A stretch of 63,531 nt of DNA, the filler included, from Octopus bimaculoides (Eukaryota): NCBI RefSeq assembly GCF_001194135.2. It is 7 parts of 5 records of this genome, joined end to end, with 100 filler letters (N's around TTAATTAATTAA, not from the genome) between each part and the next. Parts side by side here need not be neighbours in the genome. Positions count along the whole stretch, not along the records: positions 46,774 to 54,116 come from NC_069007.1; positions 54,217 to 58,068 come from NC_068990.1; positions 58,169 to 61,546 come from NC_069007.1; positions 61,647 to 63,531 come from NC_068987.1; 3 more parts are not named here. One strand, given 5' to 3'. Position 1 is the first letter of the stretch, and the number at the start of each line of letters is the position of its first letter. Below, piece after piece: positions 52,133-63,531 of the stretch. A program made the translations under genes and the position numbers. The notes below the pieces were generated by a model. The model saw nothing but the letters and a program-made list of their open reading frames with translations, was not told the DNA's origin and searched no databases.

Positions 52133-52779
52133 AGATTTACAAACTGGAAAAACCGCTTTTCTAAATGTACTTACCACATTCTCCATGTGTGTTTACATAA
52201 AGGGAGAGATATGTGGTTTTGGAGAATTTTATTCTTCTTTCAAGCAAACAGGTACATATTGTACCCTGACTTTTAATTTATATATAGTTTGAATATTTGA
52301 ATTATGTTTGCTGGCCACTTTATCATTGATTTTATAAGGATAATGATATTTATATGAATTTTGAATCTATATTTGTTCGCTAATGTTCGTTTGGAAGTCG
52401 CGGGGCCTTCAGTTGAACAAACGGCAACAAAGAGAGGTAAATATATATTAAAAAGTAGTTTACGTAGTAAGTCTAGCTGACGAGATTTAAAGTGTAAATT
52501 CGACATAGACAACGAAATCAATTGATACTGGAATATCTACCCTCCTGTTTGTAGATTTATAAACTGGAAAAACGTGTTTATTTAAATGTATTAACTACAT
52601 TCACCGTGTGTGTTTACATAAAGTGAGAGATACGTTGTCTTGGAGAGTTTTATTCTTCTTTCAAGCAAAATATTCTGTCCCGACTTTTAATATATATATT
52701 TTGAATATTTAGATTATGTTTGCTGGCCACTTTATCATTGTTTTTATAAGGATAATGATAACTTATTTGAATTTTGAAT
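52133..52779 (+). repeat. Direct duplication of about 230 bp (52133-52366 and 52553-52779)
   Basis: Colinear blocks such as GTGTGTTTACATAAAG, TTTTATTCTTCTTTCAAGCAAA and TTATGTTTGCTGGCCACTTTATCATTG. Confidence 0.9.
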
Positions 52780-52788
52780 ATACATACA

Positions 52789-52824
<36 letters not shown>

Positions 52825-52825
52825 T

Positions 52826-52858
<33 letters not shown>

Positions 52859-53413
52859 TACATACATATATATATACATACANNNNNNNNNNNNNNNNNN
52901 NNNNNNNNNNNNNNNNNNNNNNNNNNNNNNNNNNNNNNNNNNNNNNNNNNNNNNNNNNNNNNNNNNNNNNNNNNNNNNNNNNNNNNNNNNNNNTTCTCAT
53001 GGCTACCGAATAAGTGTCACATATTTTTACAGATAAATTCCTCTATTTACATAATATCGAGGTCTCTTTCTTTCTTTTGTTGTCCTTTCTATCAATATAT
53101 ATATATATATAGTGTATATTTTTATGTTCTACTAATAAATTCATACAATGAAAACGACACAAACAGCATTTTATAACATGTTTGCTGCCTTCATGCAATC
53201 TTCGGGCTGTGTTCACATTGCATATTCAAAAGGACGATAGAATAAGAAAAATATGAGAAAAAGGCGAGAGATCGCTGCTTGATAAGGCGACTGAGTTTGC
53301 TAAATCATATATTGGTATAGACCATAGAGATCTATATTTTATCATGCATATGAGAAAAACACCCCCGTTTAGTTAGGGTCAGCATGGGTAGAATATCCAA
53401 TACAGATTAATTG

Positions 53414-53560
53414 TTCGATGTATCGACGGGATCGTACGACAGTGCTGACATCTGCGATCTTGTAGATCTCTTTACATTAAACAGATTGAGATCCAAGTTT
53501 CCATCCCACGATGTTGGTCTATACGGAGACGATAGATTGGGAATTTTTCATGGCTGAGAT
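53414..53560 (+). mobile_element. PLE RT core fragment (YRDD-type lineage)
   Basis: FDVSTGSYDSADICDLVDLFTLNRL..DVGLYGDDRLGIF. Confidence 0.8.
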
Positions 53561-53584
53561 GATCATATCTTAGATAATTGTAGG

Positions 53585-53720
53585 ATACAAGTCGGAAACT
53601 TAGTGCTCCAATTATTATTGGTATGACTATGAATTCATAGTCTGAATATAGAAGCTGGAGGTTTCGAAGCAGTTGTCCACAGATATCCTCTTTCCCATTC
53701 ATTGCCAAACAATACGACCA
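53585..53720 (-). mobile_element. RLE-type non-LTR C-terminal fragment
   Basis: KEDICGQLLRNLQLLYSDYEFIVIPIIIGALS. Confidence 0.65.
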
Positions 53721-53957
53721 CTTTGAAAATCTGACAGTTCTGTTGAATTTTTTGTGCGTGACATGGTTACTCTTTGCAAATGTTTAATATATTGGCACTT
53801 GGAATGAAAAAATAATTACATTGTAAATTCTACACCGCTGAAAACATATGAAGACGCTTAGATCAGAAATTTGGAACACTAAAGGTGACTAAAAATCTGC
53901 CGCAGCATAGCCTTTCTGACCCATTCAAGCGTGGAAAAGTGCTCATTGAATGATGAT

Positions 53958-54007
<50 letters not shown>

Positions 54008-54550
54008 AAGCGAGCTATGTATATATGTACGTATGTATGTATGTATATGCGTGTATATACTATCTACTTCAAAGTGACTGTCATCTCATTTCATATAAAA
54101 CTATATATATATATATNNNNNNNNNNNNNNNNNNNNNNNNNNNNNNNNNNNNNNNNNNNNTTAATTAATTAANNNNNNNNNNNNNNNNNNNNNNNNNNNN
54201 NNNNNNNNNNNNNNNNTTAGGGTTAGGGTTAATTGTTTCAGAATCGTTTGTTTATGTAGTCGGCACCTAATGTATATCGGCTGAATGGACGTCAGTGATT
54301 GGTTCAAATTACAGAAATATGACAAATTTAACATGGAATAACTTAGGGATTTCTTTTTTTTTTAAGAAGACTAAGAGAAAAAGATGTTTTATATGACACA
54401 TTCTACCAGTGTTCCGAGTTTCAAAGTGTTTCGTTAATGAAAAATGGGGCCCCCGTTTTAAAAAAGATCCTTTTTTTTATTACATATATATATGTGTGTG
54501 TGTGTGTGTGTGTATGTATATGTATGTATTTGTGTGCTTGTATATGTGCT

Positions 54551-54731
54551 TGTTCCCCCTCCATTGCTTGACAACCAATGTTGGTGTGTTCACATTCCCG
54601 TCCCTGTAACTTAGCGGTTTGGCAAAAGAGACTGATAGAATAAGTACCAGTTGCATACTGGAGTCAATCTAATTGACTGGCCTTCTCCGCAAAAAAGTTT
54701 CAGGCCGTCTACTTAGAGTACAAAAGATTAT
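54551..54731 (+). mobile_element. Chimeric SINE: family A body joined to family C tail
   Basis: The switch occurs at the shared TAAGTAC (54641-54647). Confidence 0.75.
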
Positions 54732-54931
54732 ATTCACTCCTCCGACCCATTCCCCTACCTCTCACCCACCCTCCCACTTGCAACCTCTACCCACCCATCC
54801 ACCCACACTCTCAGTTCTTCTGCCCCCACTTCTACTCATTCTATATCTTGGGGCTCCACATGCACACCTCACCCTGACTAGTTTCACCTCTCATCAATTT
54901 CATTTTCATTATCCCCAACCTTTCTTCTAAA

Positions 54932-54970
<39 letters not shown>

Positions 54971-55251
54971 GTGTGTGAGCTTGTGTGCATGTGTGTGAGC
55001 TTGTGTGCATGTGTGTGTATTCATGCATGGGGATTTTGCACTCTACTGTATTTGTTTGTCAGACCTGAAATAACAAAGGGTTCCCAGTAGGACGAAAACC
55101 ATCAGTTTATTAATACAGCACATACATCACACTTAATAACCATAAGTAGATTCATGATGAAATATGGCACAGACTGTGGTTGGCAATGCATCAATTAGGC
55201 TTGCATGCAATCAGCTGTTGTATGGGTGCACTCCACACACAAGTATATATG

Positions 55252-55282
<31 letters not shown>

Positions 55283-55591
55283 ATAATATGTATATATATG
55301 TATATATACTCTGAAGTACACATGTGTGTGTCAGTGTTTGAGTGTAAATAAGACCTTATGAAAGTTAAAAGTCAGTTGCTTTGAAGAAGCTTTTATTTGA
55401 CTGATATCAGCTTCTTAGTTTCTAGAAAGGTAAATTATTATAGTTGGATGTTATATAATTGCTTTTTATGTATTTTATCACATCTACAAACACACACACA
55501 CACACACACGTAGTCATTTGACTTGCTAGAAATAGCAACCAAATTTCCCTCAAATCACACTGATGTGGTTTGGGGTTCTGTGCACATTACT

Positions 55592-55904
55592 GGTATCCAG
55601 TCAGTAATGACAAGGGTTCCAGTTGGTCTGATCAATGGAACAGCTTGCTCGTGAAATTAACTTGCAAGTGGCTGAGTACTCCACAGACATGCATACACTT
55701 GAAACAGTTCTTAAGAAGATTCAGCGTGACACAGAATGTGACAATGTTGACCCTTTTGTATTACAGGTACAACTTATTTTTGCCAGCTGAGTGAACTGGA
55801 GCAGTGTGGAATAAAGTGTCTTGCTCAAGGACACAACGCATCACCAGGAATCAAGCACATACAATGGTTAACCAAATCCACAAACCACTTAGCCATGCAC
55901 CTTC
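55592..55904 (-). mobile_element. SINE with GTCCTTGAGCAAGACAC (CORE/Meta-like) domain and family B tail
   Basis: Head and core differ from B, while the tail (GTCACGCTGAAT..GCACGTTAATTTCACGAG-like) is shared with B. Confidence 0.75.
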
Positions 55905-56054
55905 ACTCTAAGCACATAGAAAACAGATGGGACAGTCATGGCTAGAATGCCTTTAATCACAGATCTGCTCAGTCAGGGTCTGATCTGTGGTTACATCCAC
56001 AACAAACACTTCTAGAATTTTCCTTAATAATGATCCTAGAGGATTTAGAAGAAT

Positions 56055-56262
56055 TATCTATCACCATGGGCCCAAGGCCAGAAGATTTTGAGTAATTCAA
56101 GAGGTCAGTGACACTGACTCCACTACTTGATTAATTCTTTACATCTGGACCCCAGAGTGACAAAATGTATAAAGTCAGCTTCAGTGGGATTTGAACTCAG
56201 AACATAAAGGAGACAAGATTAATTGCTCTGAACCATTTGGTTTGATGCTCTACCAATTCTAC
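56055..56262 (-). mobile_element. Family C SINE, diverged
   Basis: GGGATTTGAACTCAGAAC with a C-type tail. Confidence 0.65.
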
Positions 56263-57595
56263 TGCACTTTAGATTTTTTTTTCTAAAATAACAGAAAAAC
56301 AAAAGAAAGCAGAATTTAGTTTTGCTTCTGTTGTTTTTTGTCTTTGTTGTTTATTTACTTTTTTTGCGCTAAATTCCAGAAAATGAAGACATTGCAAGTG
56401 AGAGGTGCAGCGTAAGAGTAGAGGCAAGTTATGGAGTGTGAACGCACCGGGTTGTGTTATTTGGAGCCTTTCCNNNNNNNNNNNNNNNNNNNNNNNNNNN
56501 NNNNNNNNNNNNNNNNNNNNNNNNNNNNNNNNNNNNNNNNNNNNNNNNNNNNNNNNNNNNNNNNNNNNNNNNNNNNNNNNNNNNNNNNNNNNNNNNNNNN
56601 NNNNNNNNNNNNNNNNNNNNNNNNNNNNNNNNNNNNNNNNNNNNNNNNNNNNNNNNNNNNNNNNNNNNNNNNNNNNNNNNNNNNNNNNNNNNNNNNNNNN
56701 NNNNNNNNNNNNNNNNNNNNNNNNNNNNNNNNNNNNNNNNNNNNNNNNNNNNNNNNNNNNNNNNNNNNNNNNNNNNNNNNNNNNNNNNNNNNNNNNNNNN
56801 NNNNNNNNNNNNNNNNNNNNNNNNNNNNNNNNNNNNNNNNNNNNNNNNNNNNNNNNNNNNNNNNNNNNNNNNNNNNNNNNNNNNNNNNNNNNNNNNNNNN
56901 NNNNNNNNNNNNNNNNNNNNNNNNNNNNNNNNNNNNNNNNNNNNNNNNNNNNNNNNNNNNNNNNNNNNNNNNNNNNNNNNNNNNNNNNNNNNNNNNNNNN
57001 NNNNNNNNNNNNNNNNNNNNNNNNNNNNNNNNNNNNNNNNNNNNNNNNNNNNNNNNNNNNNNNNNNNNNNNNNNNNNNNNNNNNNNNNNNNNNNNNNNNN
57101 NNNNNNNNNNNNNNNNNNNNNNNNNNNNNNNNNNNNNNNNNNNNNNNNNNNNNNNNNNNNNNNNNNNNNNNNNNNNNNNNNNNNNNNNNNNNNNNNNNNN
57201 NNNNNNNNNNNNNNNNNNNNNNNNNNNNNNNNNNNNNNNNNNNNNNNNNNNNNNNNNNNNNNNNNNNNNNNNNNNNNNNNNNNNNNNNNNNNNNNNNNNN
57301 NNNNNNNNNNNNNNNNNNNNNNNNNNNNNNNNNNNNNNNNNTACATATATACACACACACATAACATATATACATACATGCGTGTATATAAACAAACATT
57401 TTCATTTTACAGTTGTTGTTTTCTCCACTTCTTCCCATTGCGTATATTTAGCCAATCAAAGCTGTTTGCACAAATTTGACTAAATACTCCAAGATAGTCA
57501 TGTCAACTTATTATAAAGAATTTGCCTATTCCTTTCCAATGTGGTCAGTCCTAATGCCCTTATCATCCCATTGTTATGCATTAGGGATGAAAATG

Positions 57596-58019
57596 TGACC
57601 CCACTGTATGATACCTTAGGCAACTTTTATCTCTTATCCTAGTTTCAAATAAACCCAAACCTTGTGAGTGACATGGGGTAGATGGAAAATGTGGACCCCT
57701 TTGCACTGACAGTATCTGTAATTGAAAGGGTCAACTTGGTTATAGACTGCATGGCAGCTACACATAGAAAGCAGCATCCAACTGTGGTCAATGCCAGTGC
57801 CCTGCCGACTGACTCCTGTGCCGGTGGCATGTAAAAAGCACCCACTACACTCTTGCAGTGGTTGGCATTAGGAAGGGCATCCAGCTGTAGAAACTTTGCC
57901 AAATCAGTTTGGAGCCTGGTGCAGCCTTCGGGCTTGCCAGTCCTCAGCCAAACCGTCCAACTCATGCCGGCATGGAAACAGATGTTAAACGATGATGATA
58001 ATGATGATGATGATGATGA

Positions 58020-58020
<1 letters not shown>
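57596..58020 (+). mobile_element. SINE with family A-like core and RTE-like tail ending in (GAT)n
   Basis: CCCCACTG..CCTTAGGCAAC..CCTTGTGAGTG..GTAGATGGAAA followed by GGTGGCATGTAAAAAGCACCC..AGGAAGGGCATCCAGCTGTAG. Confidence 0.7.
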
Positions 58021-58068
<48 letters not shown>

Positions 58069-58363
58069 NNNNNNNNNNNNNNNNNNNNNNNNNNNNNNNN
58101 NNNNNNNNNNNNTTAATTAATTAANNNNNNNNNNNNNNNNNNNNNNNNNNNNNNNNNNNNNNNNNNNNTATATATATTCGAAACGTCGAGTTAGAATAGA
58201 GGCAGCTGATGAATAATTCCAAGTGGCTTTCTGTTTTCCTATGTGTTCGTTCCGTTGTCTGTAGTTCATTGTTCTAACGTCCTGTACCCTGATATGCATC
58301 TATATACACATGTAGATGAAAGTATATACATATATGTGTGTATACGTGCATATATATTTTTTG

Positions 58364-58412
<49 letters not shown>

Positions 58413-58828
58413 AATGCAATCACACACATATGCACACCACACACACATACATATATTTCAGCGTTGAAATGTTTGATTCTTCTTCCTTCACCTCACAGTA
58501 ATGTAAGTTAGTTCTCGTTGTGAATTTTTCTCTATTTACCGACTTTGACCACCGCGAGTTATTTATTCTCACGTTACATTTTGACAATTTGTAAAACTCG
58601 CCTGACATGATCAGAATCGAGCCGTGCTAGTCACTCCCTATTATCTCTCTGGTATCAATACTCTGAGTACCAGGGTAATATCGACTGCATTCTTCCTCTT
58701 AAAGTAACTGGCATTGTAGCAAATCAGCAAAAGGCCGGAGAATTAGAAGAATTAGAAGAAACGTAGATTTTTGTCAACTTGTACGAACTTGTGGGCAACG
58801 TGACCATCTTGTAAAAACTTGCATGTAA

Positions 58829-59036
58829 TGAAAAGTTGCTGGCTTTAAGGGTGTCGCGAAAGGCTTGGCTGGAGGCCCAAACTTCCGAGTTATTTTATAG
58901 GGTTTAGAAAAACTGAAGGACCGCTGCAATGAGTGTGTGAATCTGGGAGGGGAATATGTTGAATAAAATCATAATTAACTGATTCTCTTGTGCTTTCTTT
59001 TACCCAAGGCCAAGAACTTTTCAGCATCCTCTTGTA
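58829..59036 (+). mobile_element. Internally deleted mariner (MITE)
   Basis: TGAAAAGTTGCTGGC and GCCAAGAACTTTTCA are inverted ends. The residual C-terminus reads LEKLKDRCNECVNLGGEYVE*. It ends in TA. Confidence 0.75.
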
Positions 59037-59039
59037 TAC

Positions 59040-59872
59040 TCATCGATTAGGAATAACCTGTCGATATATCTGTTACTTAGGGAAACATCTTGCCACATCC
59101 GTCAGATAGGGAAAATCTGTTGACACAACTGTCAAATAGTAGGAACCCCTTGATGCGCCTATCGAAAAGGAGGAAACCGTTGGTACACCTGCCAATTAGT
59201 GGAAATTTTTTGGTACACCTATCGATTAGGAGAAGTCTGCTGGTACACTTGTGAACATGGGGGTACTAGCTGGTACACGTTTCAACTGACAGAAATCTAT
59301 GGTACACCTTCCAGCGAGTGGAAATCTGTTGGCACACCTGTCAATTAAGAACTTGTTAGTCCTTGTTGACTACGAATATGTTGGCACACCTGTCAGCTGG
59401 GAGGAATCTGTTTGTACACCTGTCACGTAGGAATCTGTAGTTACACCTATCAACAAAGAACTTGGTACACCTTTCAAGTTGTAATTTATAGGTATACCTG
59501 CTAACGAGGAATCTGTTGGTACACCTGTCATTGAGTAGGTACACCCATCCACAAGTGGTGTACCATATTGATACACATATCCACAAGTGGGAACCTGTTT
59601 GCACACCTGTCGACTAATAACTGGTTGGTACACTTATCAAGTAGTAGAAACCTGTTTACACACCTTTCTACTAGTAATCTGTGTGTGCAACCTGGTAATT
59701 AAGACCCAATTGACTCACCTGATAACTAGGCAGAGAATAGACTTGTTTACAGGGGAGACCATTCGGTACACATGCCAAATAGAAACAAATTGGTACACCT
59801 GTCATCTAATAACCATATGGTACATCAATCACATCGGAATCTGTTGGTACACCTGTCATCTATTGACCATAT
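59040..59872 (+). repeat. Minisatellite of about 30 bp with conserved ATCTGTTGGTACACCTGTCA core
   Basis: Roughly 27 imperfect units. Confidence 0.9.
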
Positions 59873-59879
59873 GATACAA

Positions 59880-60286
59880 GGCGGCGAGCTGGCAGAAATG
59901 TTAGCACGCCGGGCGAAATGCTTAGCGGTATTTCGTCTGCCATTACGTTCTGAGTTCAAATTCCGCCGAGGTCGACTTTGCCTTTCATCCTTTCGGGGTC
60001 GATAAATTAAGTACCAGTTACGCACTGGAGTCGATATAATCGACTTAATCCGTTTGTCTGTCCTTGTTTGTCCTCTCTATGTTTAGCCCCTTGTGGGCAG
60101 TAAAGAAATAGAAATAGGTATTTCATCTGTCTTTACGTTCTGAGTTCAAATTCCGCCGAGGTCGACTTTGCCTATTTATCTTTTCGGGGACGATGAATTA
60201 AGTACCAGTTGCGTACTGGGGTCGATCTAATCGACTGATACCCTCCCCACAAAATTTCGGGCCTTGTGACTAGAGTAGAAAAGAAT
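59880..60286 (+). mobile_element. Family C SINE tandem: full copy (59880-60110) plus 5'-truncated copy with the alternative tail (60116-60286)
   Basis: CTGAGTTCAAATTCCGCCGAGGTCGACTTTGCC occurs twice, and the two tails differ. Confidence 0.92.
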
Positions 60287-60423
60287 AAACTTGTGGTACA
60301 TCAGTCAAATGGGAATCCGTTTCATTTTCCTTTTATACAAACTGTCGAATTTAGACCGAACACCCTCTATATATATACACACGTATACGTATGTCTTCAT
60401 GTGTGTATGAGAAAGAAACAGAA

Positions 60424-60456
<33 letters not shown>

Positions 60457-60680
60457 ANNNNNNNNNNNNNNNNNNNNNNNNNNNNNNNNNNNNNNNNNNN
60501 NNNNNNNNNNNNNNNNNNNNNNNNNNNNNNNNNNNNNNNNNNNNNNNNNNNNNNNNNTTGTCAAGCGTATCGCTGCCTGCTGTTCATGCCGCAAAAAACC
60601 AACTGAATATGTGGCAAAAAAATCCATTGAAACCACGTTGTAGCTGTGGTTTCTGATAATCTTGTTCACATATTCACATA

Positions 60681-60716
<36 letters not shown>

Positions 60717-61361
60717 ATGTGAGTGTGTGTTGTGTGTTGGGGAGTATATATACATGTATCTATGTTAATGTTAAATGTGTATTGAGTTGTGTCCCTCGAT
60801 GGCAAAGTGCAACTTCAAAGATTCCCTAAACAAGATCTGAAAAGATGTAAATAATGTTAAGCACCAACTGGTGCCCCGGCATGGCCACAGACCATTGTGC
60901 TATGCCTTCTGACCACATATATTTTGTTTCCATGCAGGTCCTTTTAAGACCCACTACTAAGCTGAGGATCCGCCCATATTAAAATATATTGAAATTTATT
61001 ATAATTTATTATAATATCATGTATTTCTATTTCATAACTCAGATGGTTTTTTTATCTTCTCTTATTTTTTATAATCTTTCATTTAACAACACGAAACATC
61101 TAATTAATAATTTCTTTTAATTATCAAACTATTCAATCTTTGTATGATTATTCACTTTCTTCTGTTTAACAACACTATTTTTATAATTAAAACTTTAAAT
61201 AACTGAAATGAGTTGTTGATTAGTTCCTTATTTTGAGGACAATTATTTTATTTTTCTGTTTTTTTTCTGGGAGCTCCTAGGACCAGTTGCCCCATTCCCA
61301 TGGTTTACAAGTGATTGAGAATACAACATTCTTCCTGAACAGGGTCCCAGTTCATTGTGGG

Positions 61362-61545
61362 ATTTAAGGCCACTAATTTTGAGGGGAGGGGTAAATCGAT
61401 TACCTCAGTTCAAGTATTTGACTGGTAATATATTTTATGGCCCCAAAGGAACAAAAGCAAAAGCCAACCTTAGTGCCATTTGAACTCAGAACATAAACAG
61501 CCAGAAGAAATACCACTAAGCATTTTTTTCTGACATGCTAGTGAC
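61362..61545 (-). mobile_element. Family C SINE, diverged
   Basis: ATTTGAACTCAGAAC with a GGCCACTAATTTTGAGGGGAGGGG tail. Confidence 0.7.
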
Positions 61546-62825
61546 TNNNNNNNNNNNNNNNNNNNNNNNNNNNNNNNNNNNNNNNNNNNNTTAATTAATT
61601 AANNNNNNNNNNNNNNNNNNNNNNNNNNNNNNNNNNNNNNNNNNNNCTAAACCCGGTTTCACCCGGTCTGCTTGGATGATGTGGCTGAGATTGTTTTCGG
61701 TTAGGCATAATCTATAACACCGTTTCTCAACCTGATCATTTCGTTTCCCGTTTTGATTGGAGCCTCCAGCTGTATGCAGATTTCACCCTCTCCTGTCAGA
61801 AAATAGATTCGGAGTTGTGAAGAAAGAATTTGTACGTAGTGTTTTTGTGAGAGCTATTCTATTGGACATCTGTCTAATCATTAAGAGATTTATTTAATTA
61901 TGTAATACAGAAAGAAAGTATACATTTATCGCAATTTTTCTAAGCTGTTTTATCCCTAAAAAATTTATTTGCAGAGAGAAGAAATTAAAAGATATATAAA
62001 TGGGACCTGCGCGCGCGCGCGTATGTGTGTGTGTGTGAGGGAGAGAAAGAGTGTTAGAAAGAGAGTCATTAAATTGAAAAACAATTTATATTATAGAACT
62101 TGATACATACCTGTTGAAGATTAAAATGTATGTAAGAGCTATAGTTTTCGACGCGTGTATAATCATAGAGAAACCGAAAGACATGAAATGTCCGTTTGTG
62201 TGTGTATGTTTGTATTTTTGGCGGGATTTTTGCATTTACCAGGAGTTGACTTGTGTTTTATCTCTCGATCAATGGCCGGACAGGTGAAAAGGAAAGGCGA
62301 TCTTTTGAAGTGGGCGTCGAATGAAGAGACATGGACAGTTTTATGACTGAACATCTTTTGAAGTTGTGGTGACAGATTTGATGTGCGTGCATATGTCTGT
62401 GTGTGTGAGTGTGTATGTTTGATGGGGTGTGCCTGACAGAGAGTGTAATGTTGATGGTGTGTGTATATGAGAGAGAGAGAAAGAAAGTGAGAGAGATATA
62501 ACTGAAATTTATCATTCAGTTTATTTATTTATCAATATGTATATATGTATGAATGGCTTCAGTGACACACACTCACACACACGCATCACGCACGTTGTTT
62601 TAATCGATTTTCTCTGTAAGTGTGGGGGCTATGAAAAAAATAGAAAGCGCGTTCCAATCTATGCACAGGTCTCCAGATGTTTAGCATTTTTCACGCGAAT
62701 CCACCCAGCTGTTTGATTGTGAACCTCAAGACAGGAAAGAATACAACGGTTGGCCAACTTTAATTTATATTATATATATATGCGTATATACATAAATACA
62801 TACATATGTAAAAAGAACACGAATG

Positions 62826-63166
62826 CCTTAAAGTCTCTCTACAGCTGTTTCAGATACGTTTTTTATTGATGAATAATTCGATTACACTATAAAAACACCG
62901 CTTCTTCAGGTGAATTTAAATTTTCAAATGTTTCGGAGAAAAAATCCTACAAATTAGAGAATCTAGGTTGACTCAGCTATTTAGGCATCATTGAAAATAT
63001 GATGACTAAATGGGAGATCGTTTCTTATTCCACATCTCGTGGTATATTTTTATCCGAACCAAATTTTCAATTTCAATGCACCTGAAGTAAACGATGATAT
63101 CATGATATAATCGAAATATTCAACAGTAAAAATCATGCCTGAAACAGCTGTAGAGTGACTTTAAGG
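62826..63166. repeat. Divergent inverted pair of about 88-bp hammerhead-like repeats (62826-62912 minus, 63079-63166 plus)
   Basis: Both read CACCUGAAG..UAAUCGAA.UAUUCA..CUGAAACAGCUGUAGAG.GACUUUAAGG. Confidence 0.8.
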
Positions 63167-63457
63167 TAGTTGTAGTTTATGCAAACAACTTACCCTTGAA
63201 CTTTCTCCGGATCAGGAACTTGCATGATTGTGTGCATGGATTTATGTTTTAAGTGTATGTATGTTCATATTTTTGTGTACATCTACCTGTACATGGCTGT
63301 GTATGAATATGTCCGTATATGCACGGATAACCACGAATGTGTTTGTGTTTGTATATGATATATACACGTATGCACCAAACTTGACATTCACTTGACGCAT
63401 TGAATTTTAGAATACCTTGATTCAAATGAATCCTGCAAATAAGTGATATATATATAT

Positions 63458-63531
<74 letters not shown>

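Noticed and set aside
54217-54230. TTAGGGTTAGGGTT telomeric motif
   Set aside because: Only two units at a contig edge, which is insufficient to call a telomere or interstitial telomeric site.
59040-59872. CRISPR-like repeat-spacer look
   Set aside because: The context is eukaryotic, spacers are about 10 nt and mutually related, repeats are degenerate, and there are no cas genes.
60629-60653. 8-bp hairpin GAAACCAC/GTGGTTTC
   Set aside because: Too short to exceed chance in 63 kb, and there is no ribozyme core.
31447-61646. TTAATTAATTAA recurring six times
   Set aside because: Each is centred in exactly 44+44 N, so it is a scaffolding linker and not biological sequence.

Overview
AT-rich eukaryotic genomic DNA from a gappy short-read assembly. 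The SINE and microsatellite landscape suggests a cephalopod such as Octopus; this is inference, not a database match. I cannot support any intact host protein-coding gene. Almost every ORF in the track is a microsatellite or N-gap read-through. The window is a mosaic of decayed mobile elements: four Penelope-like (PLE) RT/GIY-YIG fragments of two types, seven R4/Dong-like RLE non-LTR fragments mostly abutting (AAT)n or related triplet repeats, a dead mariner, several MITEs, dozens of modular tRNA-derived SINEs and three minisatellites. The least explained signal is about ten hammerhead-ribozyme-like motifs with palindromic stem III. One sits upstream of the PLE ORF, three lie in tandem on one strand within about 1.1 kb (19.8-20.9 kb), and several carry a non-A at the normally invariant core position 6. 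Other notable structures are a near-identical 171-bp inverted duplication, combinatorial head/tail shuffling among SINEs including a V-domain-like SINE, and six 44N-TTAATTAATTAA-44N assembly linkers. All alignments and folds were done by eye.
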